A stretch of DNA of 60,780 bases, the filler included, from Nitrospinae bacterium RIFCSPLOWO2_12_FULL_45_22 (GTDB lineage: Bacteria; 2-12-FULL-45-22), in assembly GCA_001803565.1 (NCBI GenBank). It is 5 parts of 5 records of this genome, joined end to end, with 100 filler letters (N's around TTAATTAATTAA, not from the genome) between each part and the next. Parts side by side here need not be neighbours in the genome. Positions count along the whole stretch, not along the records: positions 17,188 to 31,049 come from MHDQ01000276.1; 4 more parts are not named here. One strand, given 5' to 3'. Each line of letters begins with the position of its first letter. The stretch's first letter is position 1. The notes beneath the pieces were generated by a model. It ran no database searches and was not told where the DNA came from. It saw only the letters and a program-made list of their open reading frames with translations. The translations under genes were made by a program, and so were the position numbers. Of this stretch, positions 17,189 to 28,386 are shown in pieces.

Positions 17189-17263
17189 ACGGAAATATAC
17201 ACCCATGTGATGGAAAAAGATATTTCCAATATTGTAAGTCCATTGGATGCCATACAAAAGTAA
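17189..17263 (+). CDS. C-terminal fragment of a tyrosine recombinase, integron-integrase-like
   Basis: Manual translation TEIYTHVMEKDISNIVSPLDAIQK*: catalytic-Tyr motif IYTHV followed by SPLD. Confidence 0.75.
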   Translation, partial: TEIYTHVMEKDISNIVSPLDAIQK

Positions 17264-17343
17264 GGTCAATGGAGCTGATCCTTGGGGCGGACCAAGATAA
17301 CATGTTGTTTATTTTATCTAGAAGGGGAAGGGTAATCTGGTGG

Positions 17344-18846
17344 CTAGGCAAGCCAATCTCGTAAAAACTGTACCAGGAGTCTAACACCCACCCCAGTAGC
17401 ACCTTTGGGTATATAGGGTCTATCTTTGTCGCTCCAGGCGGTGCCAGCAATATCCAGATGGACCCATTTATATTTCTCCGCAAACTTGCCTAAGAAGGCG
17501 GCACCGGTGATAGTCCCGGCGGGCCTGCCCCCCACATTCTTCAGGTCAGCAATATCGCTCTTGATCTGTTCGTTATATTCTTCCCAAAGAGGTAATTCCC
17601 ATACCCGTTCCCCGGATACCTCTCCGGCCTTTTTTATCCGGGCAATCAGGTCGGGGTCATTACCCATTGTCCCGGTAGCGATATGGCCCAGGGCAATGAC
17701 GCAGGCACCAGTCAGGGTAGCCAGGTCTATAACCGCCGTAGGGTTATATCGCTCCGCATAAGTCAGGGCATCAGCCAGGATCAGACGGCCTTCCGCATCG
17801 GTAGAGATCACTTCTATAGTCTTGCCCGAAAGCGATTTAATGATATCACCCGGTTTTAAAGCACTGCCACTGGGTAGGTTCTCCGTGGCTGGGACTAATC
17901 CTACCACATGAATAGGGAGTTTTAGTTTAGCAATAGCCTGCATAGTCCCTAACACCGCCGCCCCACCAGCCATATCGTACTTCATCTCTTCCATCTTTTC
18001 GCTGGGCTTGATAGATATACCACCGCTGTCAAAGGTTATACCTTTTCCAATAACAACTATAGTAGGCCGCCCTTCTTGAGGCTGGTTATGCTCCAGGATG
18101 ATAAAGCGGGGTGGCTGTTGACTACCCTGGGCTACCGCCATAAAGGCCCCCATATTCAATTCCCTGATCTGGTTCTCATCCAGAATCTGGCAAGCCAGGC
18201 CAGCTTCCTGGGCGATCTTTTGGGCCTCTTCAGCCATGTCTTTAGGTGTGTGGGCATTTCCTGGATGATTGACCAGGTCCCGTACCCGACTAACGGCCAG
18301 GGCAATAATCTCACCGGTTTTAGCTCCAGGTTCAATCTTGCTCATTCTAGCACTTTCCCTTTCTACCAGACAGACTCCTTCTATCTCTTTCAATTCGTCT
18401 TTATTTCCGGTCTTATATTCCTTGAACTGATAAGTCCCCAGCACACATCCTTCTATAGTAGCCTGGGCGGCTGCAGAGACACTGATTCCGGTATTTTTTA
18501 TATCCGGGAGTATAGTAGAAAAGCTTTTTACTCCCAGTTTCTGTAGGCGTTTACTAGCACGGCCAGCCGCCTCTCTTATCTTATCCAGATCAAATTTTTC
18601 CTCTTTACCTAAGCCCATTAGAACTACCCTCTTACTGGGTATAGCCCCCCGGGGATAGATGATAGACACCTGGTCAGCTTTACCCTTGAAGTCGCCTGCT
18701 TCCCATATCTCTTTGATCATACCGCCCAATGCCTGATCCAATTCCTGAATAACCTTATCTTCTAGGCCCCTGTCGTCAAAAAGGCCTACTACAATAGCCT
18801 CTGCTATCTCATCCTTTAAATTGCCTGATTTGACCGTTATCTTCAT
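17344..18846 (-). CDS. pepA: Leucyl aminopeptidase (M17)
   Basis: GKGITFDSGGISIK, MKYDMAG, STDAEGRLILAD, HLDIAG. Confidence 0.97.
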   Translation of the reverse strand: MKITVKSGNLKDEIAEAIVVGLFDDRGLEDKVIQELDQALGGMIKEIWEAGDFKGKADQVSIIYPRGAIPSKRVVLMGLGKEEKFDLDKIREAAGRASKRLQKLGVKSFSTILPDIKNTGISVSAAAQATIEGCVLGTYQFKEYKTGNKDELKEIEGVCLVERESARMSKIEPGAKTGEIIALAVSRVRDLVNHPGNAHTPKDMAEEAQKIAQEAGLACQILDENQIRELNMGAFMAVAQGSQQPPRFIILEHNQPQEGRPTIVVIGKGITFDSGGISIKPSEKMEEMKYDMAGGAAVLGTMQAIAKLKLPIHVVGLVPATENLPSGSALKPGDIIKSLSGKTIEVISTDAEGRLILADALTYAERYNPTAVIDLATLTGACVIALGHIATGTMGNDPDLIARIKKAGEVSGERVWELPLWEEYNEQIKSDIADLKNVGGRPAGTITGAAFLGKFAEKYKWVHLDIAGTAWSDKDRPYIPKGATGVGVRLLVQFLRDWLA

Positions 18847-19070
18847 TTTCCCAGCACTCTCCTTTCTATAGACTATCTTCTTGTGCTCTCTGTAGCTTTA
18901 TGTCTCTCGTTATAATCTTATTACAAACAGATAATATATTCCAATGTTGTGTCATACACCACAGTCCTTATTTGGCTAAACGGTTACCAAAATTTAAAAT
19001 CTTTTACTGAACCCTGTCAACTGAACCCCGTGAACTGTTACAGGGAAACCTCTTGAATGTCAGATAAAGG

Positions 19071-19118
19071 GTAACAGTTCAGGTTCTTTGTCATTTTCGA
19101 TAGGGGTTGAACTGTTAC
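19071..19118. mobile_element. 48-bp minimal IS66-type MITE
   Basis: GTAACAGTTCA...TGAACTGTTAC perfect 11-bp TIRs; flanks GATAAAGG / GATGAAGG (7/8 match). Confidence 0.7.
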
Positions 19119-19184
19119 GATGAAGGTAAGATAAGAGATGGTTTTTCAGGCACAGAAAAAAATTTTCCAGGAAAATTTTTTTTC

Positions 19185-19247
19185 TTGACATTTTATATTC
19201 TGTGGGGTAAATTTTGTGCCGTAGTGGAGCATAGTGGTACGAAGTGG
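19185..19247 (+). promoter_or_regulatory. dcw promoter with MraZ-type direct repeats
   Basis: TTGACA-17-TAAATT; AGTGG repeated at 19223, 19233 and 19243 (10-bp period). Confidence 0.8.
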
Positions 19248-19273
19248 TAAAAAGGGGCGGGAGGGGCTAGGGG

Positions 19274-19726
19274 GTGTTTTTAGGGAAATATACTACCAAT
19301 TTAGACCCTAAAGGCCGGGTGGTCATGCCAGCAAAATTCCGCGAGGTCTTGCGGGGCATAGAAGTAGACCGGCTCTATCTATCTTTCAATGGCAGACATC
19401 TCTCAGCTTACCCCCCTCAAATTTGGGAAGAACTCCACGCCAACCTTTATAACAAAATAACCACCTCCCCTCATCTTGATGGCAACCTGAGCGATTACCG
19501 CCGCTATATGAACTCCCTAACCTCTCCTTGTAATATAGATAAACAAGGTAGGCTCCTTATCCCGGGTGAATTGCGGGATAAAGCCGGAATAACTAAAGAA
19601 GCAATTATATCCGGGAACGAGAAGATGATTGATATCTGGAGTAAAGAAGGATGGGATAAATTTGAGCAGGAGATGCAGGGGAAATTGGCTGAGATGAGTA
19701 AAGACCTATCGGCTATAGGATTTTAA
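19274..19726 (+). CDS. mraZ: Division/cell wall transcriptional regulator MraZ
   Basis: MFLGKY..LDPKGRV, IDKQGRLLIP; first gene of the dcw cluster. Confidence 0.95.
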   Translation: MFLGKYTTNLDPKGRVVMPAKFREVLRGIEVDRLYLSFNGRHLSAYPPQIWEELHANLYNKITTSPHLDGNLSDYRRYMNSLTSPCNIDKQGRLLIPGELRDKAGITKEAIISGNEKMIDIWSKEGWDKFEQEMQGKLAEMSKDLSAIGF

Positions 19727-20682
19727 TGGCTATGCCAGTCTCGAAGGAAAAGATATATCATTCGCCGGTACTCCTTTCAGAAACCTTGGAACTTTTAAAG
19801 GTACAAGCGGGGAAGATTTACCTGGATTGCACCTTAGGCGGGGGGGGGCATGCCGGGCATATTTTGCGACAAAGTGCCCCATCGGGACATCTAATAGGGA
19901 TTGACCGGGATAAGGAAGCGCTAAAGATAGCCCGGGAGAGGCTAGCCCTCTTTCAGGATAGGATATCCCTGGTGCAGGACAATTTTATCAATTTAAAAGA
20001 GATATTAGCCCATTTGAAAATAACGCAGGTAGACGGGATTTTCTTTGATCTGGGGGTATCTAAATACCAATTAGCTGATGAAGTAAGGGGTTTTAGCTTT
20101 AAGCGAGATGGGCCATTAGATATGCGAATGGATAAGCGAGAGCAAGTTACTGCAGCCCTGTTAGTTAATGAACTCCCCTTAGGGGAGTTGACAAGATTAA
20201 TTTTTATGTATGGGGAGGAGCGCTGGGCAGCCAGGATTGCTCAAGGTATCTGCCAGGCCCGGCAAAAGCACCCCCTGGTCAGTACCCTGGAACTGGCCAA
20301 AATCGTTACCGATGCTATACCGCTCCCTCATCGTCCCAAAAGTATCCATCCAGCTACTAAGACTTTTCAAGCCTTTCGCATTGCAGTGAATAAAGAATTA
20401 GAGTCCATAGGGTCAGCCATTTCCGCTGCCATCAGTTCTCTAGCCCCAGGAGGGAGAATCTGTCTTATCTCTTATCATTCCCTGGAAGATCGGGTCGTTA
20501 AACAGACCCTTAAGGTATTAGAAAAAGGGTGCCTTTGCCCCCCTGGTGCCCCAGCCTGTGTTTGTGGGGAGAAGGCCCAGGTCAAGATCCTGACCAAACA
20601 ACCCATCACACCGTCTGGCAGCGAGGTGGCTAAAAACCCCTCAGCCCGGAGTGCCAGGCTACGGGCAGCGGAAAAAATATGA
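19726..20682 (+). CDS. rsmH: 16S rRNA m4C1402 methyltransferase
   Basis: DCTLGGGGHA, DLGVS, PLDMRMD, SYHSLEDR, NPSARSARLR. Confidence 0.97.
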   Translation: MAMPVSKEKIYHSPVLLSETLELLKVQAGKIYLDCTLGGGGHAGHILRQSAPSGHLIGIDRDKEALKIARERLALFQDRISLVQDNFINLKEILAHLKITQVDGIFFDLGVSKYQLADEVRGFSFKRDGPLDMRMDKREQVTAALLVNELPLGELTRLIFMYGEERWAARIAQGICQARQKHPLVSTLELAKIVTDAIPLPHRPKSIHPATKTFQAFRIAVNKELESIGSAISAAISSLAPGGRICLISYHSLEDRVVKQTLKVLEKGCLCPPGAPACVCGEKAQVKILTKQPITPSGSEVAKNPSARSARLRAAEKI

Positions 20683-21035
20683 GGAGATTTGGGGTCAAGG
20701 TGAAGAAATTATTTTATCCAGTCGCTTCTATTATTTTAGTCGTGAGCGGCCTATTTATTTACCTCTGGTCTCATATAACTGTCCTGGAAAAGGGGTACCA
20801 CTTTAATATCCTGAAGAAGGAATATGAGGGACTAAAGGAAAATAATAAACAACTTAAATTGGAAAAGGCTAAACTCTCTTCGCTGGAAGGGGTAGAGAAA
20901 ATCGCCCGGGAGAAACTCGGCCTGATCCATCCCTCGGATGATCAAATGATCCCGGTAATAATAGACGAGCCGAACCAGAGTATAAACACATATACCCTTG
21001 AAGGGCATAGGGATTTTCATTCTGGGCACAGATGA
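20679..21035 (+). CDS. ftsL: Cell division protein FtsL
   Basis: Single TM plus leucine zipper, EKIAREKLGL; lies between rsmH and ftsI. Confidence 0.85.
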   Translation: MRRFGVKVKKLFYPVASIILVVSGLFIYLWSHITVLEKGYHFNILKKEYEGLKENNKQLKLEKAKLSSLEGVEKIAREKLGLIHPSDDQMIPVIIDEPNQSINTYTLEGHRDFHSGHR

Positions 21036-22846
21036 ACACAGACTATCAGGATATTAAATATAGCTGCCAGGGGTCAGGGATCAGAGGTCAGCCAACCCCT
21101 GACCCCCGAAGGTCTCTTAATAAGAGGGGCAAGATAATCCTTATCTGTTTCTTCCTCTGGATGGGGGTGGTTGTGGGTCGGTTCTATCATCTTCAAATAA
21201 TTAAGCATGAAGAGCTGTTCCAGAAGGCGAATAAGCAATATGAACGTACTTATCTTTACCGACCTGAGCGCGGCAATATTTATGACCGTAACCATAGGTT
21301 ATTGGCGTGCACTATAGAATTAGACTCGGTCTTTTTAGACGCTGCAATGATAACAAATACTTCGCATTTATCAAAAACCTTAGCTGGTATATTGGAAGTA
21401 GATAATCAAGATTTATCCAAAAGGATTGCTGGCGGGAAGAATTTTATCTGGGTGAAGAGAAAAATATCTACTGATGAGGCAAAGAGTATAAAAGATGCCG
21501 GGCTAGGAGGAGTGGGCTTAATCAAAGAAGGACAAAGGCTCTATCCAGAAAGAGGTCTGGCTGCCCAGGTTCTCGGTTTTGTAGGAATGGATCAGCAAGG
21601 TTTAGCCGGGATAGAGTATTTTTATGATGATCTTTTAGGAGAGGAGTCCTTCTGGCTTAAGGAACACCAGGATGCCTTTGGGAGGAAGCTATATCTGCCT
21701 GATGATCTGCTCCAGACCCTACCTGCCGGTAAAGATATAGTTTTATCCCTGGATAGAACGATCCAACATATTGTAGAAAAAGAACTGGCGCTCCAGGTAA
21801 ATCGCTTAAAGGCAAAGGCCGGGGTAGCCATTATCATGGACCCCTTTACGGGCGAGATACTGGCTTTAGCCGTACAACCCGCTTTTGACCCCTCCTACTA
21901 CCCACATTATCCCCCGGAAAAATGGAGAAACCGGGCCGTATCAGATATTTATGAACCGGGCTCTACCTTTAAATTAATCCCATTATCAGCCGCTCTTGAA
22001 GAATCCCTGGTATCTCCCCAGGACAGGTTTTATTGTGGAAATGGCATAGCCAATTTCGGTAGCATAGTAATCCACGATATCCACCCCTACGACTGGCTCT
22101 CACTAGCAGATGTTATTTCCCACTCCAGCAATATCGGCACTATTCAAGTTAGCCAGAGGCTTGGCAGCAACCAGCTTTATCATTATATTAAAAAATTTGG
22201 GTTTGGGGCCAAGACCGGGATAGAGCTACCAGGCGAATCACCGGGCATATTCAGACCCCTAAGAAACTGGTCTAAGACTTCTTTGCCAGCCATTACTATA
22301 GGCCAGGAGATCGGTGTAACCCCAATCCAACTCTTGCGGGCTTATGCCGTTATTGCTAATGGAGGCTATGTAGTCCCGCCAAAGGTGGTCCGGGCTATCA
22401 TTGAACCGGGGCAAGCCAAAAACACCCTTTCTTCCTCGAAACCACACAAGATCCTTTCTCCTGCTACCTGCGAGAAAGTTACCTCTATATTAATCCAGGC
22501 AGTAGAGGAGGGAACGGGTAAAGAGGCCTCGCTGCCTAATTATACCGTAGCAGGCAAGACCGGTACTGCCCAGAAATTTGACCCTGCGACAAAGAGTTAT
22601 TCAAATACCCAATCTATTGCCTCATTTGTTGGGTTTGTCCCTGCTCGGCAGGCTAGCATGGTCATATTAGTCATGCTGGATGAACCCCAGGAAAAGTCTC
22701 TGGGGGGAATAGCTGCTGCACCGGTTTTTAGAAAGATAGCCAGGCAAGTGTTGAGATATTTACGGGTACCGCCAGATAAAGGAGCTATAACTAACGTCAT
22801 TAGTCATTGGTCATTGACCAATGCGGGCTATAAGGCTTTAAACTAG
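21032..22846 (+). CDS. ftsI: Peptidoglycan D,D-transpeptidase FtsI (PBP3)
   Basis: RGNIYDRN, EPGSTFK, SSN, KTGTAQK. Both termini overlap repeat-derived DNA. Confidence 0.93.
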   Translation: MNTDYQDIKYSCQGSGIRGQPTPDPRRSLNKRGKIILICFFLWMGVVVGRFYHLQIIKHEELFQKANKQYERTYLYRPERGNIYDRNHRLLACTIELDSVFLDAAMITNTSHLSKTLAGILEVDNQDLSKRIAGGKNFIWVKRKISTDEAKSIKDAGLGGVGLIKEGQRLYPERGLAAQVLGFVGMDQQGLAGIEYFYDDLLGEESFWLKEHQDAFGRKLYLPDDLLQTLPAGKDIVLSLDRTIQHIVEKELALQVNRLKAKAGVAIIMDPFTGEILALAVQPAFDPSYYPHYPPEKWRNRAVSDIYEPGSTFKLIPLSAALEESLVSPQDRFYCGNGIANFGSIVIHDIHPYDWLSLADVISHSSNIGTIQVSQRLGSNQLYHYIKKFGFGAKTGIELPGESPGIFRPLRNWSKTSLPAITIGQEIGVTPIQLLRAYAVIANGGYVVPPKVVRAIIEPGQAKNTLSSSKPHKILSPATCEKVTSILIQAVEEGTGKEASLPNYTVAGKTGTAQKFDPATKSYSNTQSIASFVGFVPARQASMVILVMLDEPQEKSLGGIAAAPVFRKIARQVLRYLRVPPDKGAITNVISHWSLTNAGYKALN

Positions 22847-22888
22847 TGACTAATGACCAGTGACCAATGACGTTCCCTATAGTAGGCT

Positions 22889-24400
22889 ATGTGGAATCTA
22901 AGAGAGCTTGTCAAAGGAATAGAACCATTAGTCATTACGGGGTCATTAGATAAAGAAGTTTACGAGATTGCTAGTGACTCCCGTAAAGTAGCTAAGGGTT
23001 ATCTCTTTGTGGCTATTAAAGGGAGTAGCCATGATGGGCATAATTTTATTCCGACGGCTCAAGCCAGAGGAGCAGTGGCTATAGTCCATGAAAGGGGCCT
23101 TCCTGGCCGGCAAAAGGAGCCCGGGATAACATATATTCAGGTGGGAGACACACAACGGGCTTTAGCCCTATTAGCTGCCCGGTTTTATCACCATCCCTCT
23201 CAGCAACTCCCACTCATAGGCATTACGGGCACTAATGGCAAGACTACTATCTCCTACCTCCTTGGCTCTATCTTAGAAGCAGCCGGGTATAAAGTGGGGA
23301 TAATAGGTACTATAGCTTACCGGTGGGGGAAAGGGGTCAGACCGGCTGGTCTGACTACACCCGATGCCCTAGAATTGCAACTTATGCTGCATCAGATGCT
23401 AAAAGAGGGGATAGATTATGGGATCATGGAGGTTTCCTCCCATGCTCTAAAACTGAAAAGAGTGGATGGATGTTCCTTTAAACTCGCTATCTTTACCAAC
23501 CTTACTGGCGATCATTTAGATTTTCATGGGACTATGGAGGACTATTTTAATAGTAAAAAGAGATTATTTTATGACCTGAACCCCAGTCAGGCCATTATCA
23601 ACCAGGATGACCCCTGGGGTCAACAGCTCCTGGCTCAACTCCCACCATCTATGCCCTTTCTTACTTATGGATTAAGCATTCCTGGCAGGGTTACCGATAT
23701 TCGGGCTGAGCAAATAAGCTGCTTTATGGATGGGTTATCATTCCTGGCCCAAACACCTGCTGTAACTATTCCTATCGGCTCACCCTTAACCGGAGAGCAT
23801 AATATTTATAACATATTGGCCGGTGTAGGGGCCGCCCTCTGCCTGAACATTGCGCCAGAGTATATTCAGCAAGGGATAAAGAATCTGAAAGGTGTCCCGG
23901 GAAGATTTGAGAAGATAGACCTGGGGCAGGAATTCGCGGTAGTAGTGGATTATGCCCATACCCCTGATGCCCTGGAAAATACCCTTAGAGGGGCCAGGGA
24001 ATTGACAAATAACCGACTAATAACCGTCTTTGGCTGTGGGGGTGACCGAGACCGCAGCAAAAGGCCCATTATGGGCAAACTGGCGGCCTATTATAGTCAA
24101 TTTATGATCATAACTTCAGACAACCCCCGGAGTGAGGACCCCTTAAAGATCATCGCCGAGATAGAAGAAGGTGTTCGAGACCTAAGACAAGATAAGCATA
24201 CCTATGAGATAGTACCGCAGCGTAAAGACGCTATTTACCGGGCTATTTCGCTAGCCCAGAGCGGTGATATCGTGATCATAGCCGGGAAAGGGCATGAGAC
24301 TTATCAGATCATGGGAGATAAGGTCATACCTTTTGATGATAGAGAGATAGCTCGGGCAGCCTTGCAGGAGAGATTGGATGGAAAGCTTATCGTAAAGTGA
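22889..24400 (+). CDS. murE: UDP-MurNAc-Ala-Glu:meso-DAP ligase
   Basis: GTNGKTT, DYAHTPD, GCGGDRD, DNPR. Confidence 0.97.
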   Translation: MWNLRELVKGIEPLVITGSLDKEVYEIASDSRKVAKGYLFVAIKGSSHDGHNFIPTAQARGAVAIVHERGLPGRQKEPGITYIQVGDTQRALALLAARFYHHPSQQLPLIGITGTNGKTTISYLLGSILEAAGYKVGIIGTIAYRWGKGVRPAGLTTPDALELQLMLHQMLKEGIDYGIMEVSSHALKLKRVDGCSFKLAIFTNLTGDHLDFHGTMEDYFNSKKRLFYDLNPSQAIINQDDPWGQQLLAQLPPSMPFLTYGLSIPGRVTDIRAEQISCFMDGLSFLAQTPAVTIPIGSPLTGEHNIYNILAGVGAALCLNIAPEYIQQGIKNLKGVPGRFEKIDLGQEFAVVVDYAHTPDALENTLRGARELTNNRLITVFGCGGDRDRSKRPIMGKLAAYYSQFMIITSDNPRSEDPLKIIAEIEEGVRDLRQDKHTYEIVPQRKDAIYRAISLAQSGDIVIIAGKGHETYQIMGDKVIPFDDREIARAALQERLDGKLIVK

Positions 24401-24450
24401 AATGTAGTGGCAGAGCTTGCTCTGCCGGGCTACCCTGTGGGAGAGTTTGG

Positions 24451-25869
24451 GTGGAGAGATTAACCCTCAACGAGATAAAAGATATAGTAATGGGTGAACT
24501 TATGCGGGGCAATGGTACGACTCAGGTCACCAGTATTTCTATTGATTCCAGGAAGATAAAGTCTGGCGAGCTGTTCTGGGCTCTACCAGGTGAGAGGTAT
24601 GATGGACATGATTTTACCCGTGAGGCATTAAGCAAAGGGGCATCCGGGGCAGTTATTTCCAAAAGAGACCTTGTCCGGAATATTACACCCGATGCCCATC
24701 TATCCCAAGCCTTTATCCTGGTGCCAGATACCCTCTATGCCTTGCAAACCCTGGCCCAGACCTACCGCAAAAGGTTCTCCATACCCCTGATCGCCGTCAC
24801 GGGTAGCAACGGCAAGACTACCACTAAAGAGATAATTGCCCAGGTCCTTTCCACTAAATTTAAAGTATTAAAAAATGAAGGCAATCTTAACAACCTTATT
24901 GGCCTGCCCCTTTCCCTCCTGATCCTCTCTTCACAGCACCAGGTAGCCGTGCTAGAGATGGGTATGAACCGTCCTGGTGAGATTGCCCGCCTCTGTGAGA
25001 TTGCCCAGCCTAATATAGGCATAATAACCAATATCAGTACCGCCCACCTGGAATTTCTTGGCTCTATTGAGAATATTCAAGAGGCCAAGGCCGAGTTAGT
25101 TAAATCATTAAAAGCGGATGATTTGCTGATATTGAATGCCGATGATGAGCGGGTGAATAGTCTGAGCCAGAGATTTCCTGGCAAAGTATTGCTCTATGGC
25201 TTATCACCCCAAGCTCATATCTGGGCTGACCAGATAGAGCTGAGGGGTAAAGAAGGGAGCCGCTTTACTCTGCATGCCCCCGATGGAGGCGAGATTGGTA
25301 TTAACCTTAATATTATGGGCCTTTACAATATTTATAATGCCCTGGCTGGAGGGGCTATTGGATATGTTGTCAAAATACCTATAGCCGATATCAAAAAGGG
25401 ATTAGAAGGCTTCCGGGGGATAAAGATGCGGCTGCAGCCCCATATTCTACAAGACAATATCCTCCTTATTGATGATAGTTATAATGCTAATCCCCAATCC
25501 CTCCAATATGCCATTGATAGCCTGATAAGTTGCTGCCCGCACCAGGGGCGTTCCTTCCTGGTTATGGGTGATATGCTGGAATTAGGGAAAGATTCAGAGG
25601 GCCTGCACCGTATGGTAGGAGGTAAAATTGCCCAGGCATCAATAGATTTCTTGGTAACGCTGGGACCCTCAGCCTCTATCGCAGCCGAAGAAGCTATCCA
25701 GGCGGGTATGGATAAAGGGAGGGTCTTTATCTGTAAAGACCAGGGAGAGATAATCCAGTTGTTATTGGAGCAATTACAAACAGGTGATCGGATGCTGGTA
25801 AAAGGGTCGAGGGCCATGGCCATGGACAAGATAGTAACCAGATTGATGGAACTGAGAGGAGACAAATAG
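24451..25869 (+). CDS. murF: UDP-MurNAc-tripeptide:D-Ala-D-Ala ligase
   Basis: [30 protein letters not shown] start at 24451 chosen because the upstream extension is REP-derived. Confidence 0.95.
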   Translation: MERLTLNEIKDIVMGELMRGNGTTQVTSISIDSRKIKSGELFWALPGERYDGHDFTREALSKGASGAVISKRDLVRNITPDAHLSQAFILVPDTLYALQTLAQTYRKRFSIPLIAVTGSNGKTTTKEIIAQVLSTKFKVLKNEGNLNNLIGLPLSLLILSSQHQVAVLEMGMNRPGEIARLCEIAQPNIGIITNISTAHLEFLGSIENIQEAKAELVKSLKADDLLILNADDERVNSLSQRFPGKVLLYGLSPQAHIWADQIELRGKEGSRFTLHAPDGGEIGINLNIMGLYNIYNALAGGAIGYVVKIPIADIKKGLEGFRGIKMRLQPHILQDNILLIDDSYNANPQSLQYAIDSLISCCPHQGRSFLVMGDMLELGKDSEGLHRMVGGKIAQASIDFLVTLGPSASIAAEEAIQAGMDKGRVFICKDQGEIIQLLLEQLQTGDRMLVKGSRAMAMDKIVTRLMELRGDK

Positions 25870-26954
25870 TGCTCTACCATATACTCTATCCATTACACGA
25901 AACTATCTCAGTCTTTAATGTCTTTCGTTATATTACTTTTCGGACGGCCTATGCCTTTATTACGGCTTTTATCATAAGCTTGATCTTAGGCCCCTTTATT
26001 ATCAGTAAATTAAAGAAATACCATATCGGTCAAAATATCCGTACTGATGTACCAAAAAATCACCTCTCCAAAGCCGGTACTCCCACTATGGGTGGAATAC
26101 TTATCATGATCTCCCTCTTTATCCCCACGCTTTGTTGGGCGGACCTGACGAACAAATATATCTGGCTCGTGCTGATAGCGACTATAGGCTTTGGCATTAT
26201 AGGATTCTACGATGATTATATTAAGGTGATAAAGAGGAAATCCCTGGGGTTAAGGGCCCGTTATAAATTCCCTGCCCAGGTTTTGGTAGGATTAATAATC
26301 ACCTGTCTCTTAGCCTTTTATGTGGCTGATTCCAGGATTGCTACCAGAATAGGGATACCTTTTTTTAAGGAGATATACCCGGACCTTCACGGATTCTACC
26401 TCCTCTTTGCCTTACTGGTAATATTAGGCGCTTCTAATGCTGTAAATCTGACGGATGGACTGGATGGTTTAGCTATTGGCCCGGTAGTCTTTGCTATGAT
26501 GGCTTATACAGTAATTGTTTACCTTACCGGGAATATTAAGTTTGCTGAGTATCTGAATATCCCATATGTAGAGGGTGCGGGTGAGCTGGCCATATTCTGT
26601 GGGGCGGTGATAGGAGCGGGACTGGGCTTCCTCTGGTATAATGCTTATCCAGCACAGATGTTCATGGGTGATGTAGGGTCTCTAGCCCTGGGTGGGGCTT
26701 TAGGGACCCTGGCGCTAGCCAGTAAGCAGGAGTTCATCTTATTAGTTATCGGTGGTGTATTTGTTATAGAAGCCCTATCAGTAATAATCCAGGTAATCTC
26801 TTTTAAACTAACGGGTAAGAGGGTCTTTCAGATGGCCCCTCTGCATCATCATTTTGAAAAGAAAGGCTGGGAAGAACCTAAGATTATTGTCCGGTTCTGG
26901 ATCATATCCATCATCCTGGCTATGCTCAGCCTATCTACGCTTAAACTACGGTAA
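25869..26954 (+). CDS. mraY: Phospho-MurNAc-pentapeptide transferase
   Basis: [35 protein letters not shown]. Confidence 0.98.
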   Translation: MLYHILYPLHETISVFNVFRYITFRTAYAFITAFIISLILGPFIISKLKKYHIGQNIRTDVPKNHLSKAGTPTMGGILIMISLFIPTLCWADLTNKYIWLVLIATIGFGIIGFYDDYIKVIKRKSLGLRARYKFPAQVLVGLIITCLLAFYVADSRIATRIGIPFFKEIYPDLHGFYLLFALLVILGASNAVNLTDGLDGLAIGPVVFAMMAYTVIVYLTGNIKFAEYLNIPYVEGAGELAIFCGAVIGAGLGFLWYNAYPAQMFMGDVGSLALGGALGTLALASKQEFILLVIGGVFVIEALSVIIQVISFKLTGKRVFQMAPLHHHFEKKGWEEPKIIVRFWIISIILAMLSLSTLKLR

Positions 26955-27030
26955 ATAGGTTATTAGGTTATTAGGTCATGGTGTGACCTAATAACCGCGT
27001 AATGCCCTAATGACGTAATGACCATTTCTG

Positions 27031-28386
27031 ATGATGGAACTAAAGGATAAGCGAGTGATGGTAATGGGATTAGCCCGGTCAGGTCTTTCTGCCGCTAATC
27101 TGCTGGCAGAAAGAGGGGCCATGGTTACTGTCTCAGACATAAAGACTGAAGAACAGTTGCCAGAGCAGCTCTCAGCATTAGCTCCGGGCATAAAATATGA
27201 ATTAGGAGGACATCGGCTGGAGAGTTTTTTTGCCTCCGACTTAATAGTGATAAGCCCAGGAGTACCTACCGATCATCAGTGTTTAGAAGAAGCCCGGAAC
27301 AAAGGCCGGAAGGTCATTAGTGAGATAGAATTGGCTTATTTACTCACCCGGGTTCCTATCATTGCTGTAACCGGCACTAATGGCAAAACTACCACGGTTC
27401 ATCTAGTTAAAGAAATATTAAGCGAGGGTGGGAAAAAGGTGGTCTTGGCTGGAAACGTTGGTTATCCCTTATCTCAGGCTATAAGAGAGTTTTCGGGCGA
27501 TTATGAGCCGGATTACCTGGTAGCAGAAATAAGCAGCTTTCAGTTAGAAGGGATAGAGCATTTTAGGCCCTATATCGGGGCGGTTTTGAATATTACCCCA
27601 GATCATCTAGACCGACACCCGGACTTCTCCAGCTATGTTCAGCTTAAAGGCCGCCTCTTCCTCAACCAGGGCCCGCAGGATTATGCAGTTTTGAATTATG
27701 ACGACCCGGTTTTACAAGATTTGCCATGCAATATTTTGTCCCAAAAATTATTCTTCAGCCGTCGAGCCCCAGTAGAGCCAGGAATCTTCCTTCAGGGTCA
27801 GGAGATTATATTCTGCTATCGGGGAGAAAAGAAGATAGTCGGGTCTTTAGCTGACTTACGGATAAATGGGGCTCATAACCAGGAAAATGCCCTGGCTGCC
27901 ATCCTTATCGCCTCCATCTGCCAGTTGGAGCCAAGGCCTATCCAGCGAGCCTTACAAAATTTTTCTGGCTTAGAGCATCGTATGGAGATGATAAGAGGGC
28001 TAAAGGGAGTAAAGTTTATAAATGATTCTAAAGGAACCAATGTAGGGGCGCTGCAGAAGTCCCTGGAGGATTTGATGCAGCCTGTTATCCTCATTGCTGG
28101 TGGTAAAGATAAAGGCTCAGACTTTACTGCCCTAACCAATTTGGTTCAGCAAAAGGTTAAGGAGCTGATCTTGTTGGGCGAAGCAAGAGAAAAGATCGCT
28201 TCAGCCCTATATAACCATACTAATATAACAAAGGTAAAGGATTTAGAAGAGGCAGTCTTGACCGCCTGGAACAAGGCCCAGCCCGGTGATGTGATCTTAC
28301 TATCACCCGCCTGTGCCAGTTTTGATATGTTTAGGGACTATGTTGAGCGAGGCAACCGTTTTAAGCAGCTCGTATGGGCATTATGA
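27031..28386 (+). CDS. murD: UDP-MurNAc-Ala:D-Glu ligase
   Basis: GTNGKTTT, SSFQLE, NDSKGTN, SPACASFD. Confidence 0.97.
   Translation: MMELKDKRVMVMGLARSGLSAANLLAERGAMVTVSDIKTEEQLPEQLSALAPGIKYELGGHRLESFFASDLIVISPGVPTDHQCLEEARNKGRKVISEIELAYLLTRVPIIAVTGTNGKTTTVHLVKEILSEGGKKVVLAGNVGYPLSQAIREFSGDYEPDYLVAEISSFQLEGIEHFRPYIGAVLNITPDHLDRHPDFSSYVQLKGRLFLNQGPQDYAVLNYDDPVLQDLPCNILSQKLFFSRRAPVEPGIFLQGQEIIFCYRGEKKIVGSLADLRINGAHNQENALAAILIASICQLEPRPIQRALQNFSGLEHRMEMIRGLKGVKFINDSKGTNVGALQKSLEDLMQPVILIAGGKDKGSDFTALTNLVQQKVKELILLGEAREKIASALYNHTNITKVKDLEEAVLTAWNKAQPGDVILLSPACASFDMFRDYVERGNRFKQLVWAL

Noticed and set aside
24397-24450. Cys-rich N-terminal extension of MurF (likewise the extensions of ProA 58818-58865 and the crotonase 36001-36081)
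   Set aside because: Translated repeat DNA; better RBS-supported starts lie downstream.
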